Assembly: GCA_028865035.1 (NCBI GenBank)
Contig: JAGWLB010000005.1
Span: forward strand, 1 to 58,241
From: Patescibacteria group bacterium
Lineage (GTDB): Bacteria > Patescibacteriota > Minisyncoccia > Phycocordibacterales > UBA9973
Direction of reading: 5' to 3'
Length of the DNA stretch: 58,241 nucleotides
The notes under the pieces were generated by a model, which was not told the origin of the DNA, searched no databases, and saw only the letters and a list, made by a program, of their open reading frames with translations. Positions 17,026 through 27,185 of the stretch are shown one piece after another; within the stretch, counting starts at the first letter, position 1, and each line of letters starts with the position of its first letter. The position numbers and the translations under genes are program-made.

Positions 17026-18190
17026 TATCCCAAAGGGCGCCAGCAACATTGTGTGCTTGGCCAACAAGAGGGAAGTGATGCAAATCTATGAAAGGAGCAC
17101 TGTTACACTCAATTACTCCAGATTTAGGTTGATCTTTCCAAGATATACTCACGTCATTCATAATAAAATCTACACCAATGAGAGGATCATCTAGAGTCTC
17201 AGCAACTTTCTCAAGCATTTCTTTGTTATCGGGATGTACTGCATCTGTCACGTCTGTAATACCACCACCGACAGCACGACTAGTTTTTTGACCTAAAGTC
17301 ACTACTTCATCTTTCTCAGGAATTGTATTTTCTGTTCTGTTGAAATGCTTCAATTCTTTTATCGCTTCTTCATCTATTGATAATTTATGGAATATAGGTC
17401 CTGAGCGGAGAGGGTTTTTATTTGCTATCTCAACAAGCTCAGATACTTTATGTACTCCATCCCCAATAACATAAGCGGGTTCACGGCGTAGAACAGCTAT
17501 CAATTTTTTACCTATAAGTGTTCCTCTAAATACAAAACCACTAAGTTCTTCTTCAATCATAACCCAAGGACTTAGTTGTTTTGCTTTCTTAAAAGCAATT
17601 AAAAATTCCTCATCGGTTTCTATGTGAGTAGTTGTGTGCCTGCTACGTGAACCTATATTTGGTTTAGTAATTACTGGTTTATCTAACGAATGAAAAATTT
17701 CCAATGCTCTAGATTGAGAATAAGTAACATCACCTTTAGCAACAGGTATACCTACTTTTCTAAAATGTTTTTTCATTTCATTCTTATTATCCATCCATTC
17801 TAAACCATTCGGGTTATAGTCTTTAGGTCGTGGTAACACATCAAAAAACCTTTTTTGACCTTTATAGTTGGATATGAATATATCGTGACCTATATTAAAC
17901 AAATGAAATTCATACATACCAATACCTCTTTTTGTTGCTTCATCCCATAATACTCGAGTCCTGTTACTGTCATCATCTTTCGGTTCGATTGTAATCTTTC
18001 CTAAATGTAAGAATTTTAAAGTTTTTATTAATCCTGGTCCAACCCACTCAAACTGTTCTTCCGGTATTAATCGACTCATAAAGTTGGTCCATGGTTCAAT
18101 TAATGCTCCCATTAATATAGATAAATAAGTGAATTTATGATTTACTTGGCTACCACCACAATCTTTGCAGTATGTTTTCTTCTTTTTCAT
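16991..18190 (-). CDS. ATP-grasp enzyme resembling the N and G (ATP-grasp) domains of cyanophycin synthetase, without a Mur-ligase-like domain
   Basis: KKHFRKVGIPVAKG, KPVITKPNIGSRSRH, GGGITDVTDAVHPDN, IGVDFIM and ECNSAPF resemble the CphA G-domain. Confidence 0.6.
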   Translation of the reverse strand: MKKKKTYCKDCGGSQVNHKFTYLSILMGALIEPWTNFMSRLIPEEQFEWVGPGLIKTLKFLHLGKITIEPKDDDSNRTRVLWDEATKRGIGMYEFHLFNIGHDIFISNYKGQKRFFDVLPRPKDYNPNGLEWMDNKNEMKKHFRKVGIPVAKGDVTYSQSRALEIFHSLDKPVITKPNIGSRSRHTTTHIETDEEFLIAFKKAKQLSPWVMIEEELSGFVFRGTLIGKKLIAVLRREPAYVIGDGVHKVSELVEIANKNPLRSGPIFHKLSIDEEAIKELKHFNRTENTIPEKDEVVTLGQKTSRAVGGGITDVTDAVHPDNKEMLEKVAETLDDPLIGVDFIMNDVSISWKDQPKSGVIECNSAPFIDLHHFPLVGQAHNVAGALWDIIYPESKIHQL

Positions 18191-18209
18191 ATCGCTAGTG
18201 TATCAGATA

Positions 18210-18884
18210 TTAGTGGGCCAACGCAAAGCCGACCACTTTCTTTGCTCCGCCTTTTTTTAAAATTTTTATTATTTCATTAATTGTTCCTCCCGTTGTCGTG
18301 ACATCATCTATTACGAGAATAGTGCGACCTTTTACTGTTTTATTTTTTCTAATTTCAAATATATTTTTTACATTTAGAAGTCTTTCTCTACGATTTGCAA
18401 TTTTAGCTTGTGGTTTTGTGTCAAATTTTTTTACAACAATATTATTATTTAATTCAAAAAGACCTTTTTCACCAGAAGATGATAACCCATAAGCAATTAT
18501 CTGAGCTTGATTATACCCACGTTCTTTTTCTCGATGCCGAGACAATGGCACAGGTATTACAAGGATAGATTGTCCTTTTGTATAGGCTTCCATATTTGCG
18601 ATTTCTTCAAGGAAGAATTCGTATAGCATTGCTCCAAGTTTTTTCCCTAAATTTAAACGGTGATGATATTTTAAATCCCAAATAGCTTTCTTAATGAGAG
18701 GATCTCTGTAATCATATACTGCCATTATGTTTTTATCTGTTTCACGTTCAGTGTTGCGGATTTTTAAAATACATTGATTACATAGCGATTCACCACGATT
18801 TTTGCAACCCAAACAAGCTTCAGGGAAAATTATATCCAGTAAATACCATTTTATAGATTTTATTAAATTACGACTTGGTTCCAC
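18210..18884 (-). CDS. comFC: ComF-family phosphoribosyltransferase-like competence protein
   Basis: N-terminal Cys pairs (CLGC...CNQC), C-terminal ILVIDDVTTTGGT, GTG start with TAAAAT 6 nt upstream. Confidence 0.8.
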   Translation of the reverse strand: MEPSRNLIKSIKWYLLDIIFPEACLGCKNRGESLCNQCILKIRNTERETDKNIMAVYDYRDPLIKKAIWDLKYHHRLNLGKKLGAMLYEFFLEEIANMEAYTKGQSILVIPVPLSRHREKERGYNQAQIIAYGLSSSGEKGLFELNNNIVVKKFDTKPQAKIANRRERLLNVKNIFEIRKNKTVKGRTILVIDDVTTTGGTINEIIKILKKGGAKKVVGFALAH

Positions 18885-18930
18885 AGCTTTATTTTACTAT
18901 AGCTATGGTATAATAGACAGCATATAGAAT

Positions 18931-20079
18931 ATGAATAATTCACTAAAGACAATAATATCTTCAGGGTTAAAAAATCTATCTACAATTTTTACTTCAAACA
19001 AATCATCTGATGGATCAATTGGTATTGACATAGGTTCTTCAGCGATAAAGGTTGTTCAACTAAAGAAAAAAGGAGGTAAAGCAATACTTGAAACTTACGG
19101 TGCTATATCTTTAGGTCCTTATGGTAAAACTGACATAGGAGCTATTACTAATCTTCAAACAGATGATATTATCAAAGCCTTAATAGATGTTATGAAAGAA
19201 TCAAACATAACTACGCATTCAGGTACTGTTGCTATACCATCATCATCTAGTCTTATATTTACTATTTCCTTACCGGCAAAAGTTACAGAAGATCAGTTAC
19301 CGACTGTCATACCTATAGAAGCACGTAAATACATACCTGTTCCGATGTCAGAGGTTACTCTTGACTGGTTTTTGATTCCACAAGAGATAAACGACTATAA
19401 AGATGATTCTATGACTACAACTTCTACAACTCCACCACCAGAACCTAAACTTGAAGTTCTGGTTGTAGCTATTCATAATGACATACTCTCTAGGTATCGA
19501 GAGATTTTAACTAAAACAGATTTACAGTCCGATTCTTTCGAAATGGAAATATTTAGTAATATTCGTTCATCATTTAATTATGATATAGCTCCTGTGCTAT
19601 TTATGGATTTCGGAGCTTCAAAAACAAAGTTATCTATTGTAGAAGAGGGTGTTGTCAGAGCTTTTCATGTAGTTAATCGTGGTTCACATGATATAAGTAA
19701 AAATATTGCATCATCTTTAAGTATTCCATTTGCAGAAGCCGAGAAATTAAAAAGATCTGTTGGTCTTGATTCAGTAAAGAATGCTCAAGTTGCTGACATA
19801 GCTAGGTTATCCACTGATTATATTATTTCCAATACAAATAGTATTGTACTTGAGTACGAGAAGAAGTATAATAAAAACATAAGTAAAATTATTTTAGTAG
19901 GTGGCGGGTCTTTGCTTAGAGGGCTAATAGAAAAAGCAACAGAGAGTTTTCATACCGAGGTAGTCTATGGTGATCCATTTTCAAAAGCAGAAGCCCCAGC
20001 ATTCCTTAAACCTGTTTTAGAACTTAGTGGGCCAGAGTTTTCGGTTGCAGTTGGATTAGCCCTTCGTCAGTTGCTATAG
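18931..20079 (+). CDS. pilM: type IV pilus assembly protein PilM (actin-like ATPase fold)
   Basis: GIDIGSSAIKVVQL, DFGASKTKLSIV, ILVGGGSLLRGL. Confidence 0.85.
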   Translation: MNNSLKTIISSGLKNLSTIFTSNKSSDGSIGIDIGSSAIKVVQLKKKGGKAILETYGAISLGPYGKTDIGAITNLQTDDIIKALIDVMKESNITTHSGTVAIPSSSSLIFTISLPAKVTEDQLPTVIPIEARKYIPVPMSEVTLDWFLIPQEINDYKDDSMTTTSTTPPPEPKLEVLVVAIHNDILSRYREILTKTDLQSDSFEMEIFSNIRSSFNYDIAPVLFMDFGASKTKLSIVEEGVVRAFHVVNRGSHDISKNIASSLSIPFAEAEKLKRSVGLDSVKNAQVADIARLSTDYIISNTNSIVLEYEKKYNKNISKIILVGGGSLLRGLIEKATESFHTEVVYGDPFSKAEAPAFLKPVLELSGPEFSVAVGLALRQLL

Positions 20080-20083
20080 TCTT

Positions 20084-20770
20084 ATGGAAAATTCATTTCA
20101 AACATCATTCATACCAAAGAAACCGGTCACAGAAAATCCTAGATATAGGAGTCGACCGCAAACTAGTATTTTTACAGTGTTGGCCTTTACTGTTTTTATT
20201 TTAATGGGTATTGCCTCAGCTGGTTTGTTTTTATATAAAAATTATTTAACCCAGCAAGAAAAAACACTATCTAACTCTTTGGAAACTGTACGTAACAGTT
20301 TTGAGCAAGACACTATCAATCAGCTTGATCTATATGACAAACGTATTTCTGCTTCTAAACAGATTCTTAATGCGCATATTGTCTTATCTCCTATGTTTTC
20401 ACTTTTAGGAAGTTTAACTATTCCATCCATACAATACACGAAATTTAATTTTGATAATAATAACAAAGAATTTGATGTTAAAATGTCAGGTGTTGCTCTA
20501 GATTATAAATCTATTGCTCTTCAAGCAGATGTTTTCAATGATGCTAAAGGCCGTTACTTTAAGAATGTTGTTTTTTCTAATCTTACAAAAGATAATAATA
20601 ATAATGTGAATTTTGATCTTGATTTTACTGTTGATCCAGAATTATTGTCTTACCAGAAGGATATGTTACTTGAACAAGCAACGAATCCAGTAGTTAATTC
20701 AACAACAACACCTACGAATGCTACAAGTCCGATAAACAATGCAATACCAGTAAATAATCAAAAACAATAA
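20084..20770 (+). CDS. PilN-like bitopic pilus alignment protein
   Basis: The call rests on position after pilM, a single N-proximal TM helix and its size. Confidence 0.5.
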   Translation: MENSFQTSFIPKKPVTENPRYRSRPQTSIFTVLAFTVFILMGIASAGLFLYKNYLTQQEKTLSNSLETVRNSFEQDTINQLDLYDKRISASKQILNAHIVLSPMFSLLGSLTIPSIQYTKFNFDNNNKEFDVKMSGVALDYKSIALQADVFNDAKGRYFKNVVFSNLTKDNNNNVNFDLDFTVDPELLSYQKDMLLEQATNPVVNSTTTPTNATSPINNAIPVNNQKQ

Positions 20771-20772
20771 TT

Positions 20773-21372
20773 ATGAAATTTATTTTTTCCATTTCAATTT
20801 TAATAATATCAGGAGCACTATTCTTTATGGTTGTAAACCCTCTTTATGGTAATGTTTCTCAATTACGTACTGAAGTCGCCGTTTATAATACAGCTCTAAC
20901 CCACTCTACAGAACTACAGAAAACACGTGATCAGCTAGTGAATACATACAAGAATATTAAACCAGAAGATATGGCTCGTTTGGAGCATTTCCTGCCTAAT
21001 ACAGTAAATAATATTAAATTCATATTAGAAGTTGAACGTATTGCAAATTTGCATGGTATGTCAATAAAAGATATTAAATTTGATAACCCGACCACCACTG
21101 GAACAGATACAAATACTCAAAGTAATTCAAATGTAATAACAGCAAATGATCCATCAGCATCCTTACCTTATGGAACTTTCCCAATCGAATTCTCAACAGA
21201 TGGCAACTATAGTACTTTTACACTTTTCCTTAAAGACCTTGAGCATAATTTAAGACTTATAGATGTAAAATCCATTCAATTTTCAGTACCAACTCTTTCA
21301 AGTACTAAAACAAATTTAGATCCAAACATTTATAATTACACATTAAAACTTGAAACATATTGGCTAAAATAA
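20773..21372 (+). CDS. PilO-like bitopic pilus alignment protein
   Basis: The call rests on position, an N-terminal TM helix and a coiled-coil segment. Confidence 0.5.
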   Translation: MKFIFSISILIISGALFFMVVNPLYGNVSQLRTEVAVYNTALTHSTELQKTRDQLVNTYKNIKPEDMARLEHFLPNTVNNIKFILEVERIANLHGMSIKDIKFDNPTTTGTDTNTQSNSNVITANDPSASLPYGTFPIEFSTDGNYSTFTLFLKDLEHNLRLIDVKSIQFSVPTLSSTKTNLDPNIYNYTLKLETYWLK

Positions 21373-21373
21373 T

Positions 21374-22030
21374 ATGAACTACTTATATAACAAAATTATA
21401 ATAGCGTTCGCAATCATTATGTTACTCGGTGGGGTATACACATATTTCTCTAATGGTTTAAATGCTCAAGCTGCTAATTCAACACCCGACTCATCCCTTT
21501 CTTCATCAGCTCAAAGTGATCCATTAAATGCTGGAGTATCTAATAATTCTAGCAACAAAATAACCCAAGATACATCATTTCTTTATGCTCTTGCATCATT
21601 AAATAGTATTAAGATAGATACTTCTATATTTGGTAATCCATTATTTAATACACTTAACGATAATACAGTTACGCTAGACCCTGTTGTTCCCGGAAGATCC
21701 AATCCTTTTGCCCCTATTGATAAGAATGCACCACTTACTACAGCACAAATATCTCCTGTTACGACTAATATACCTACTCAAGTTACAAACAATAGTGCTA
21801 TTTTCAATGGTAGGACTAGTAGTATGAATGGTGTTTCGAATGTATTTTTTGAATACGGCACAACTCAAAGTTTAGGAAAAACTACACAAGACATTAAGCA
21901 ATCATTAGTCGGCACTTTTAGCACAAGCATTTCGGGTCTTACTTCTAGTACTATGTATTTTTACAGAGCAGTTGCGAAAATTAATGGCAATGTTGAATAC
22001 GGAGACATAGTCTCATTTAGTACTAATTAG
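21374..22030 (+). CDS. membrane-anchored pilus-cluster protein with C-terminal Ig/Fn3-like domain
   Basis: N-terminal TM helix. C-terminal FFEYGTT...YFYRAVA beta-sandwich-like pattern. Confidence 0.4.
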   Translation: MNYLYNKIIIAFAIIMLLGGVYTYFSNGLNAQAANSTPDSSLSSSAQSDPLNAGVSNNSSNKITQDTSFLYALASLNSIKIDTSIFGNPLFNTLNDNTVTLDPVVPGRSNPFAPIDKNAPLTTAQISPVTTNIPTQVTNNSAIFNGRTSSMNGVSNVFFEYGTTQSLGKTTQDIKQSLVGTFSTSISGLTSSTMYFYRAVAKINGNVEYGDIVSFSTN

Positions 22031-22031
22031 T

Positions 22032-23768
22032 ATGATATTCCTTGAAACACTAGTTAAAGAAAACATTCTTAAAGAAGATCAAGTACCAGAAGTCATAAAG
22101 ATAGCCAATGAAAAATATAATGGTAGTATAGACGAAGCCTTACTTGATCTTAATTTAGATGAAAACCAACTCCTTAGAATAAAAAGTGAGTTGTTTAATA
22201 TACCTATAAAAGATATTGATCCAACTACTGTCGCTCAGGATACTTTGAAATTAATTCCCGCTGATGCCACAAAAATGTATCACTTTTTACCTATCGGACT
22301 AACCGATAGCGTACTTGAAATAGGTATTCTTGACCCCGAGAATATTCAAGCTAATGATGCTATTACTTTTATTACCGCAAAGTTAGATAAACCTTATAAA
22401 TTGTTTTTAATAAAAACTTCTGTTTATAACAAGTTGCTTGAGAATTATGAGGGTATAGATAGTCAAGTTGACCAGGCTTTGTCTGAGTTAGATACTGAAA
22501 TTGCTGGAACAAAAGAAGATGATGTTAAAATTGAAACAAATAAAAAAGCATCAGACAGCTTAAAACCAGGAGAGGAAGAGAAAATTGTCGAAGATGCACC
22601 AATAATAAAAATTGTAGCGGTTATTTTGCGCCATGCTACTGAAGGTTTGGCTTCAGATATACATATTGAAAATGTCGGAGATAAAATAAGAGTACGTTTT
22701 CGTGTCGATGGTGTTATGCACACTTCACTAATACTACCTATTAGTGTTTACAATGGAGTTGTTGCTCGTATTAAAATATTAGCAAAGCTAAGACTTGATG
22801 AGAAACGTAAACCACAAGATGGTGGATTTTCTGCCAAGATAGATGGTCGTAAAATAGATTTTCGTGTCTCTACAATGCCATCATATTATGGAGAGAAACT
22901 AGAAATGCGTATTCTTGATTCAGAGAAAGGTGTTCAAAAACTTGAAAACTTAAGTATGTCACCTGAAAATCTTGCACTTGTTCGTGAAGCAATTGCAAGA
23001 CCATATGGATTAATATTAATTACAGGTCCAACAGGGTCAGGTAAAACAACAACTTTGTATTCTATGATTAATGAGTTAGATCATGAAGCAGAAAATATCA
23101 TTTCGCTTGAGGATCCAGTTGAGTATCATATGGATGGTGTTAACCAATCCCAAGTTATGCCTGAAATTGGTTACACTTTTGCATCTGGTCTCAGATCTAT
23201 TCTTCGTCAAGATCCAGATATCATAATGGTTGGAGAAATTCGTGATAAAGAGACAGCTGAACTTGCCATACAAGCTGCTCTTACTGGTCACTTGGTTTTC
23301 TCAACTCTACACACCAACACTGCAATAGGTGCTATACCACGTCTTATTGATATGGGTATTGATCCTTATCTAATAGCACCAACTCTTGTGTTGTGTATCG
23401 CTCAACGTTTAGCTCACAAGATATATCCTGCTTCAAAGCACGCAATTCCTATAGATGAGGCAACAAGAATAATGCTAGATAAACAATTCGCTGATCTACC
23501 GAAAGAGTATAGAGATAAGTTAAATATTAAAGATACTATATATGAGTCCGTGCCATCACCTGAATGTCCTCTCGGTGTTCGAGGGAGAATACCTTTATTT
23601 GAAATGTTTAAAGTAGACCAGGAAATGCAGAATATTATTCTTAAAAAACCGCAAGAGCAAGAAATCTATAAACTTGCTAGATCTAGAGGGATGTTATCTC
23701 TCCGTGAGGATGCCATAGTCAAGGCTATAAAGGGAGACGTACCTCTACAAGAAATCTATAATTACTAG
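22032..23768 (+). CDS. pilB: type IV pilus extension ATPase PilB (GspE family)
   Basis: Walker A GPTGSGKTTT, Asp box, Walker B, His box, and a tetracysteine-less CPR-type C-terminus. Confidence 0.9.
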   Translation: MIFLETLVKENILKEDQVPEVIKIANEKYNGSIDEALLDLNLDENQLLRIKSELFNIPIKDIDPTTVAQDTLKLIPADATKMYHFLPIGLTDSVLEIGILDPENIQANDAITFITAKLDKPYKLFLIKTSVYNKLLENYEGIDSQVDQALSELDTEIAGTKEDDVKIETNKKASDSLKPGEEEKIVEDAPIIKIVAVILRHATEGLASDIHIENVGDKIRVRFRVDGVMHTSLILPISVYNGVVARIKILAKLRLDEKRKPQDGGFSAKIDGRKIDFRVSTMPSYYGEKLEMRILDSEKGVQKLENLSMSPENLALVREAIARPYGLILITGPTGSGKTTTLYSMINELDHEAENIISLEDPVEYHMDGVNQSQVMPEIGYTFASGLRSILRQDPDIIMVGEIRDKETAELAIQAALTGHLVFSTLHTNTAIGAIPRLIDMGIDPYLIAPTLVLCIAQRLAHKIYPASKHAIPIDEATRIMLDKQFADLPKEYRDKLNIKDTIYESVPSPECPLGVRGRIPLFEMFKVDQEMQNIILKKPQEQEIYKLARSRGMLSLREDAIVKAIKGDVPLQEIYNY

Positions 23769-23812
23769 ACCTATAGTAAAACGTATCTTATTGTATTATA
23801 ATAGTTACATAT

Positions 23813-24205
23813 ATGGAATCTAAGAAAAAAATTTTTATTATCGACGATGACAGTTTTTTACTCGATATGTATTCTTTAAAGTTTCATCAATCAAACTTTG
23901 ATGTTACTACTGCTCTCGGGTCAGAACCAGCTTTAGAAAAGTTCCGCCAAGGATATGTTCCTGATGTTGTGCTTATGGATATTGTAATGCCAGTAATGGA
24001 TGGGTTTGAGCTTATTGAAAAACTAAAAGAAGAGAACTTAGCACAAAATGCGATTTTTATAATACTTTCAAATAGAGGTCAACCTTCAGACATCGCCAGA
24101 GGGGAAGCGCTAGGTGCTGCTGGCTATATTGTCAAAGCTTCAAGTACACCATCTGAAGTTATTGATAAGGTTAATACTATAATTAACAATATAAGCAAAA
24201 AATAA
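23813..24205 (+). CDS. single-domain response regulator embedded between pilB and pilT
   Basis: IIDDD and VLMDIVMPVMDG receiver signature. TATAAT lies 10 nt upstream. Confidence 0.85.
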   Translation: MESKKKIFIIDDDSFLLDMYSLKFHQSNFDVTTALGSEPALEKFRQGYVPDVVLMDIVMPVMDGFELIEKLKEENLAQNAIFIILSNRGQPSDIARGEALGAAGYIVKASSTPSEVIDKVNTIINNISKK

Positions 24206-24206
24206 T

Positions 24207-25265
24207 ATGAATCACCAGAAATTTTTAGATGAATTATTAACAAGCCTAATACACGAAGATGGATCAGATCTCCATCTTGGCTCAGGAAGAAAACCAGCAA
24301 TGAGAGTTAATGGTCAACTCCTTTTCCTTGTTAATCAAGATGCTTTAACAAGAGATGATATGATTAATATTCTAAAGGCGATGATAGGATCAGAAAGAAC
24401 AAGTAAGTTCCTGGAAGAGAAGGAAGTTGATTTCTCTTATACTTTTGGGGAATCTACGAACTTACGTGGGAATGCATTTTTCCAACGCGGCCAGATAAGT
24501 ATCGCCCTACGTCTTATATCGAAAGCTAAAACTATCCAAGAATTAAATTTACCTCCTGTACTTGAGAGTTTCACTCAGAAAAATCAAGGGTTTTTCTTGT
24601 GTGTAGGACCAGTTGGGCAAGGTAAGTCAACGACACTTTCAACAATGATAAATCTAATCAATAAAGCTCGAGCCTGTCATATAGTAACTATAGAAGACCC
24701 TATCGAGTTTGTTTACGAACCGGACAAATCTATTATAGACCAACGTGAAGTTGGTGGTGATACTAAGGATTTTCCAACTGCTCTTAAAGAAGTTTTTCGT
24801 GAAGATGTAAATGTTATCTTTATTGGAGAAATGCGTAGCCCAGATACTATAGCTGCTGCTGTAACAGCTGCTGAGACTGGTCACTTAGTCTTCTCAACAC
24901 TTCATACTAACAATGCTGCTCAAACTATTGATCGTATTATTGATTCGTTCCCACCATCTCAACAAGATCAGATTCGTTTACAATTATCATCTAGCTTGCT
25001 TGGAGTATTTTCACAACGTTTGATTCCCCGTATTTCCGGTGGGCGTATTCCTGCATATGAACTTCTTATTAATAATAATGCAGTTTCAAATCTAATAAGA
25101 GAAAAGCGTACACACGAAATAAATAATGTTATAGAAACGTCCTCTGAGTTAGGTATGGTTGATATGAATAGATCTTTAATAGAGTTAGTCCAAAGAGGTG
25201 AGATAAGTATGGAAAGTGCATATCAGTATTCTATTAATCCTAAGGCCCTAGAGCGAATGTTATAA
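24207..25265 (+). CDS. pilT: twitching-motility retraction ATPase PilT
   Basis: GPVGQGKSTT, IGEMRSPDTI, TGHLVFSTLHTN, AVSNLIREKRTHE. Confidence 0.9.
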   Translation: MNHQKFLDELLTSLIHEDGSDLHLGSGRKPAMRVNGQLLFLVNQDALTRDDMINILKAMIGSERTSKFLEEKEVDFSYTFGESTNLRGNAFFQRGQISIALRLISKAKTIQELNLPPVLESFTQKNQGFFLCVGPVGQGKSTTLSTMINLINKARACHIVTIEDPIEFVYEPDKSIIDQREVGGDTKDFPTALKEVFREDVNVIFIGEMRSPDTIAAAVTAAETGHLVFSTLHTNNAAQTIDRIIDSFPPSQQDQIRLQLSSSLLGVFSQRLIPRISGGRIPAYELLINNNAVSNLIREKRTHEINNVIETSSELGMVDMNRSLIELVQRGEISMESAYQYSINPKALERML

Positions 25266-25269
25266 TTTT

Positions 25270-26478
25270 ATGCTTTTTAATTACGAAGCCATATCAAATA
25301 CTGGAGAAAAGAAAAGAGGTACTATAGATGCTAGTTCTCATGATTCAGCTATTGCTGCTATTCAGCATCGAGATCTTATCGTCGTTTCTGTTACTGAAGG
25401 AGATAAAAAGAATGGGATAATGCAGTTATCTTTCTTTGAAAAGAAAGTGGCAATGAAAGATATAGTTATGATGTCTCGCCAGATATCTACACTTTTCGAA
25501 GCACAAGTATCAGCCCTTAAAGCATTCAATCTATTAGCAACCAATACTGAGAATAGAGCTTTAGTTAAAGTATTGGTCAGTGTGTCTGATGATATATCTT
25601 CTGGTCTTTCTATTTCTGAATCATTAGCCAAACACCCAGAAGCATTTTCAACTTTCTATGTAAATATGGTTAAATCAGGAGAAGAGTCAGGAAAGCTCAC
25701 CCAGACATTTTCTTACCTAGCAGATTATCTTGATCGCCAGTACCAACTTACTTCAAAGACAAAGAACGCACTTGTTTACCCAGCATTCGTTATATCTGTT
25801 TTCGTTTTAGTTATGGTTATGATGTTCGTTTTCATTATTCCTAAACTCGGAGTCATTATTAAAGAATCAGGTCAAGATATGCCATTTTCTACAAAAATAG
25901 TCCTTGGTATAAGTGATTTCCTTATCCACTATGGACTATTTATCCTAATAGCAATTGTTGTTTTGATTGTTTATATTTTTAGATTAAGCAGATCAAAATC
26001 CGGACAAACATATATGGATAGTATAAAAATCACAACACCAATATTAAAGAACATTTACATTAAGTTATATTTGTCACGTATTTCAGATAATATGGACACT
26101 ATGCTTTCCTCAGGCATACCTATTGTCAGAGCACTCGAAATCACAAGTGGTATAGTAGGTAATCATATATATGAAGATATTTTAAATCATACTGCCGAAG
26201 AAGTGAAAAGTGGTAGCTCTTTTTCTGAAGCCTTTGCCCGACATCCTGAGATACCAGCTATTATGTCAGGTATGATTCGTGTTGGAGAAGAAACCGGCTC
26301 AGTTGGTAGTATCTTAAAAACACTAGGTCATTTTTACAGTCGTGAAGTTAACGATGCCGTTGATACATTAGTTGGATTAATAGAACCATTTATGATCGTT
26401 GGACTTGGTCTTGGTGTCGGATTATTATTGACATCTATTTTGATGCCGATATACAACATTGCCGGTGGTATTAAGTAA
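25270..26478 (+). CDS. pilC: type IV pilus platform protein PilC (GspF family)
   Basis: Two GspF repeats and three TM segments. Confidence 0.9.
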   Translation: MLFNYEAISNTGEKKRGTIDASSHDSAIAAIQHRDLIVVSVTEGDKKNGIMQLSFFEKKVAMKDIVMMSRQISTLFEAQVSALKAFNLLATNTENRALVKVLVSVSDDISSGLSISESLAKHPEAFSTFYVNMVKSGEESGKLTQTFSYLADYLDRQYQLTSKTKNALVYPAFVISVFVLVMVMMFVFIIPKLGVIIKESGQDMPFSTKIVLGISDFLIHYGLFILIAIVVLIVYIFRLSRSKSGQTYMDSIKITTPILKNIYIKLYLSRISDNMDTMLSSGIPIVRALEITSGIVGNHIYEDILNHTAEEVKSGSSFSEAFARHPEIPAIMSGMIRVGEETGSVGSILKTLGHFYSREVNDAVDTLVGLIEPFMIVGLGLGVGLLLTSILMPIYNIAGGIK

Positions 26479-26600
26479 AAGCTATCCACAGGTAAATAAT
26501 TTGCGCTTTTTATGCAGTAGTATGATATAATAAGGTTATTAAAAATAAGGTCGCGTCTTTCTTTTATATAAAGACACAATTAACAGAATTAAATTTTAGT

Positions 26601-27008
26601 ATGAAAAAAAATAAAGGTTTTACACTTATCGAACTCTTGGTCGTTATCGCTATCATAGGAATACTTGCTTCCGTTGTGCTTGCTGCTCTTGGATCAGCTA
26701 GAAATAAAGGTAAAGATGCTGCTATTGAATCTGAATTGTCATCTTTGCGTGCACAAGGTGAAATTGTTGCGAATTCCGCAGCAAATAATAGTTATGCTGC
26801 TATGTTCTCTGATCCTCAGGTTGTAAAAATTATAGCCGGGGTTACAGCTAACAATAATGGTGCGGCCGTTGCTCAAAATGCAGCAGCTGGCGCATGGGCA
26901 GCTGCATCACCACTTGCAAGTGATTCTACTAAATACTTTTGTGCAGACAGTACAGGAACTGCACATGTAACTTCTACAGCTCTTGGTACTGCAACTGTTT
27001 GTCCATAA
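26601..27008 (+). CDS. major type IV pilin
   Basis: KGFTLIELLVVIAIIGILASVVLAAL, C-terminal Cys pair, and a strong terminator downstream. Confidence 0.85.
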   Translation: MKKNKGFTLIELLVVIAIIGILASVVLAALGSARNKGKDAAIESELSSLRAQGEIVANSAANNSYAAMFSDPQVVKIIAGVTANNNGAAVAQNAAAGAWAAASPLASDSTKYFCADSTGTAHVTSTALGTATVCP

Positions 27009-27026
27009 AGATTCATTTTGAATTTT

Positions 27027-27062
27027 CAAAACCCTAAACTATTAATTTAGTTTAGGGTTTTG
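27027..27062 (+). terminator. rho-independent terminator after the major pilin gene
   Basis: CAAAACCCTAAACT...AGTTTAGGGTTTTG followed by a T-run. Confidence 0.7.
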
Positions 27063-27173
27063 TTTTATATGCGATCATAATTTAAATCTAAAATGTCCAT
27101 ATTATATAATAATTATATTAAAAATAATGCCTCTATTTGTGTTTATTTAGTTTTAGTTTTTATTTTTGAGTGG

Positions 27174-27179
27174 TATAAT
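27174..27179 (+). promoter_or_regulatory. -10 box TATAAT, 6 nt upstream of the ATG at 27186
   Basis: Read directly. Confidence 0.45.
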
Positions 27180-27185
27180 ATACTG

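Noticed and set aside
1597-26557. AAGGTCG(C/T)G 9-mer about 35-50 nt upstream of three start codons (1597, 2078, 26549), considered as a possible alternative-sigma promoter element
   Set aside because: There are only three copies. Spacing to any -10-like element is inconsistent, and no matching -35/-10 pair fits an ECF consensus. The evidence is insufficient.
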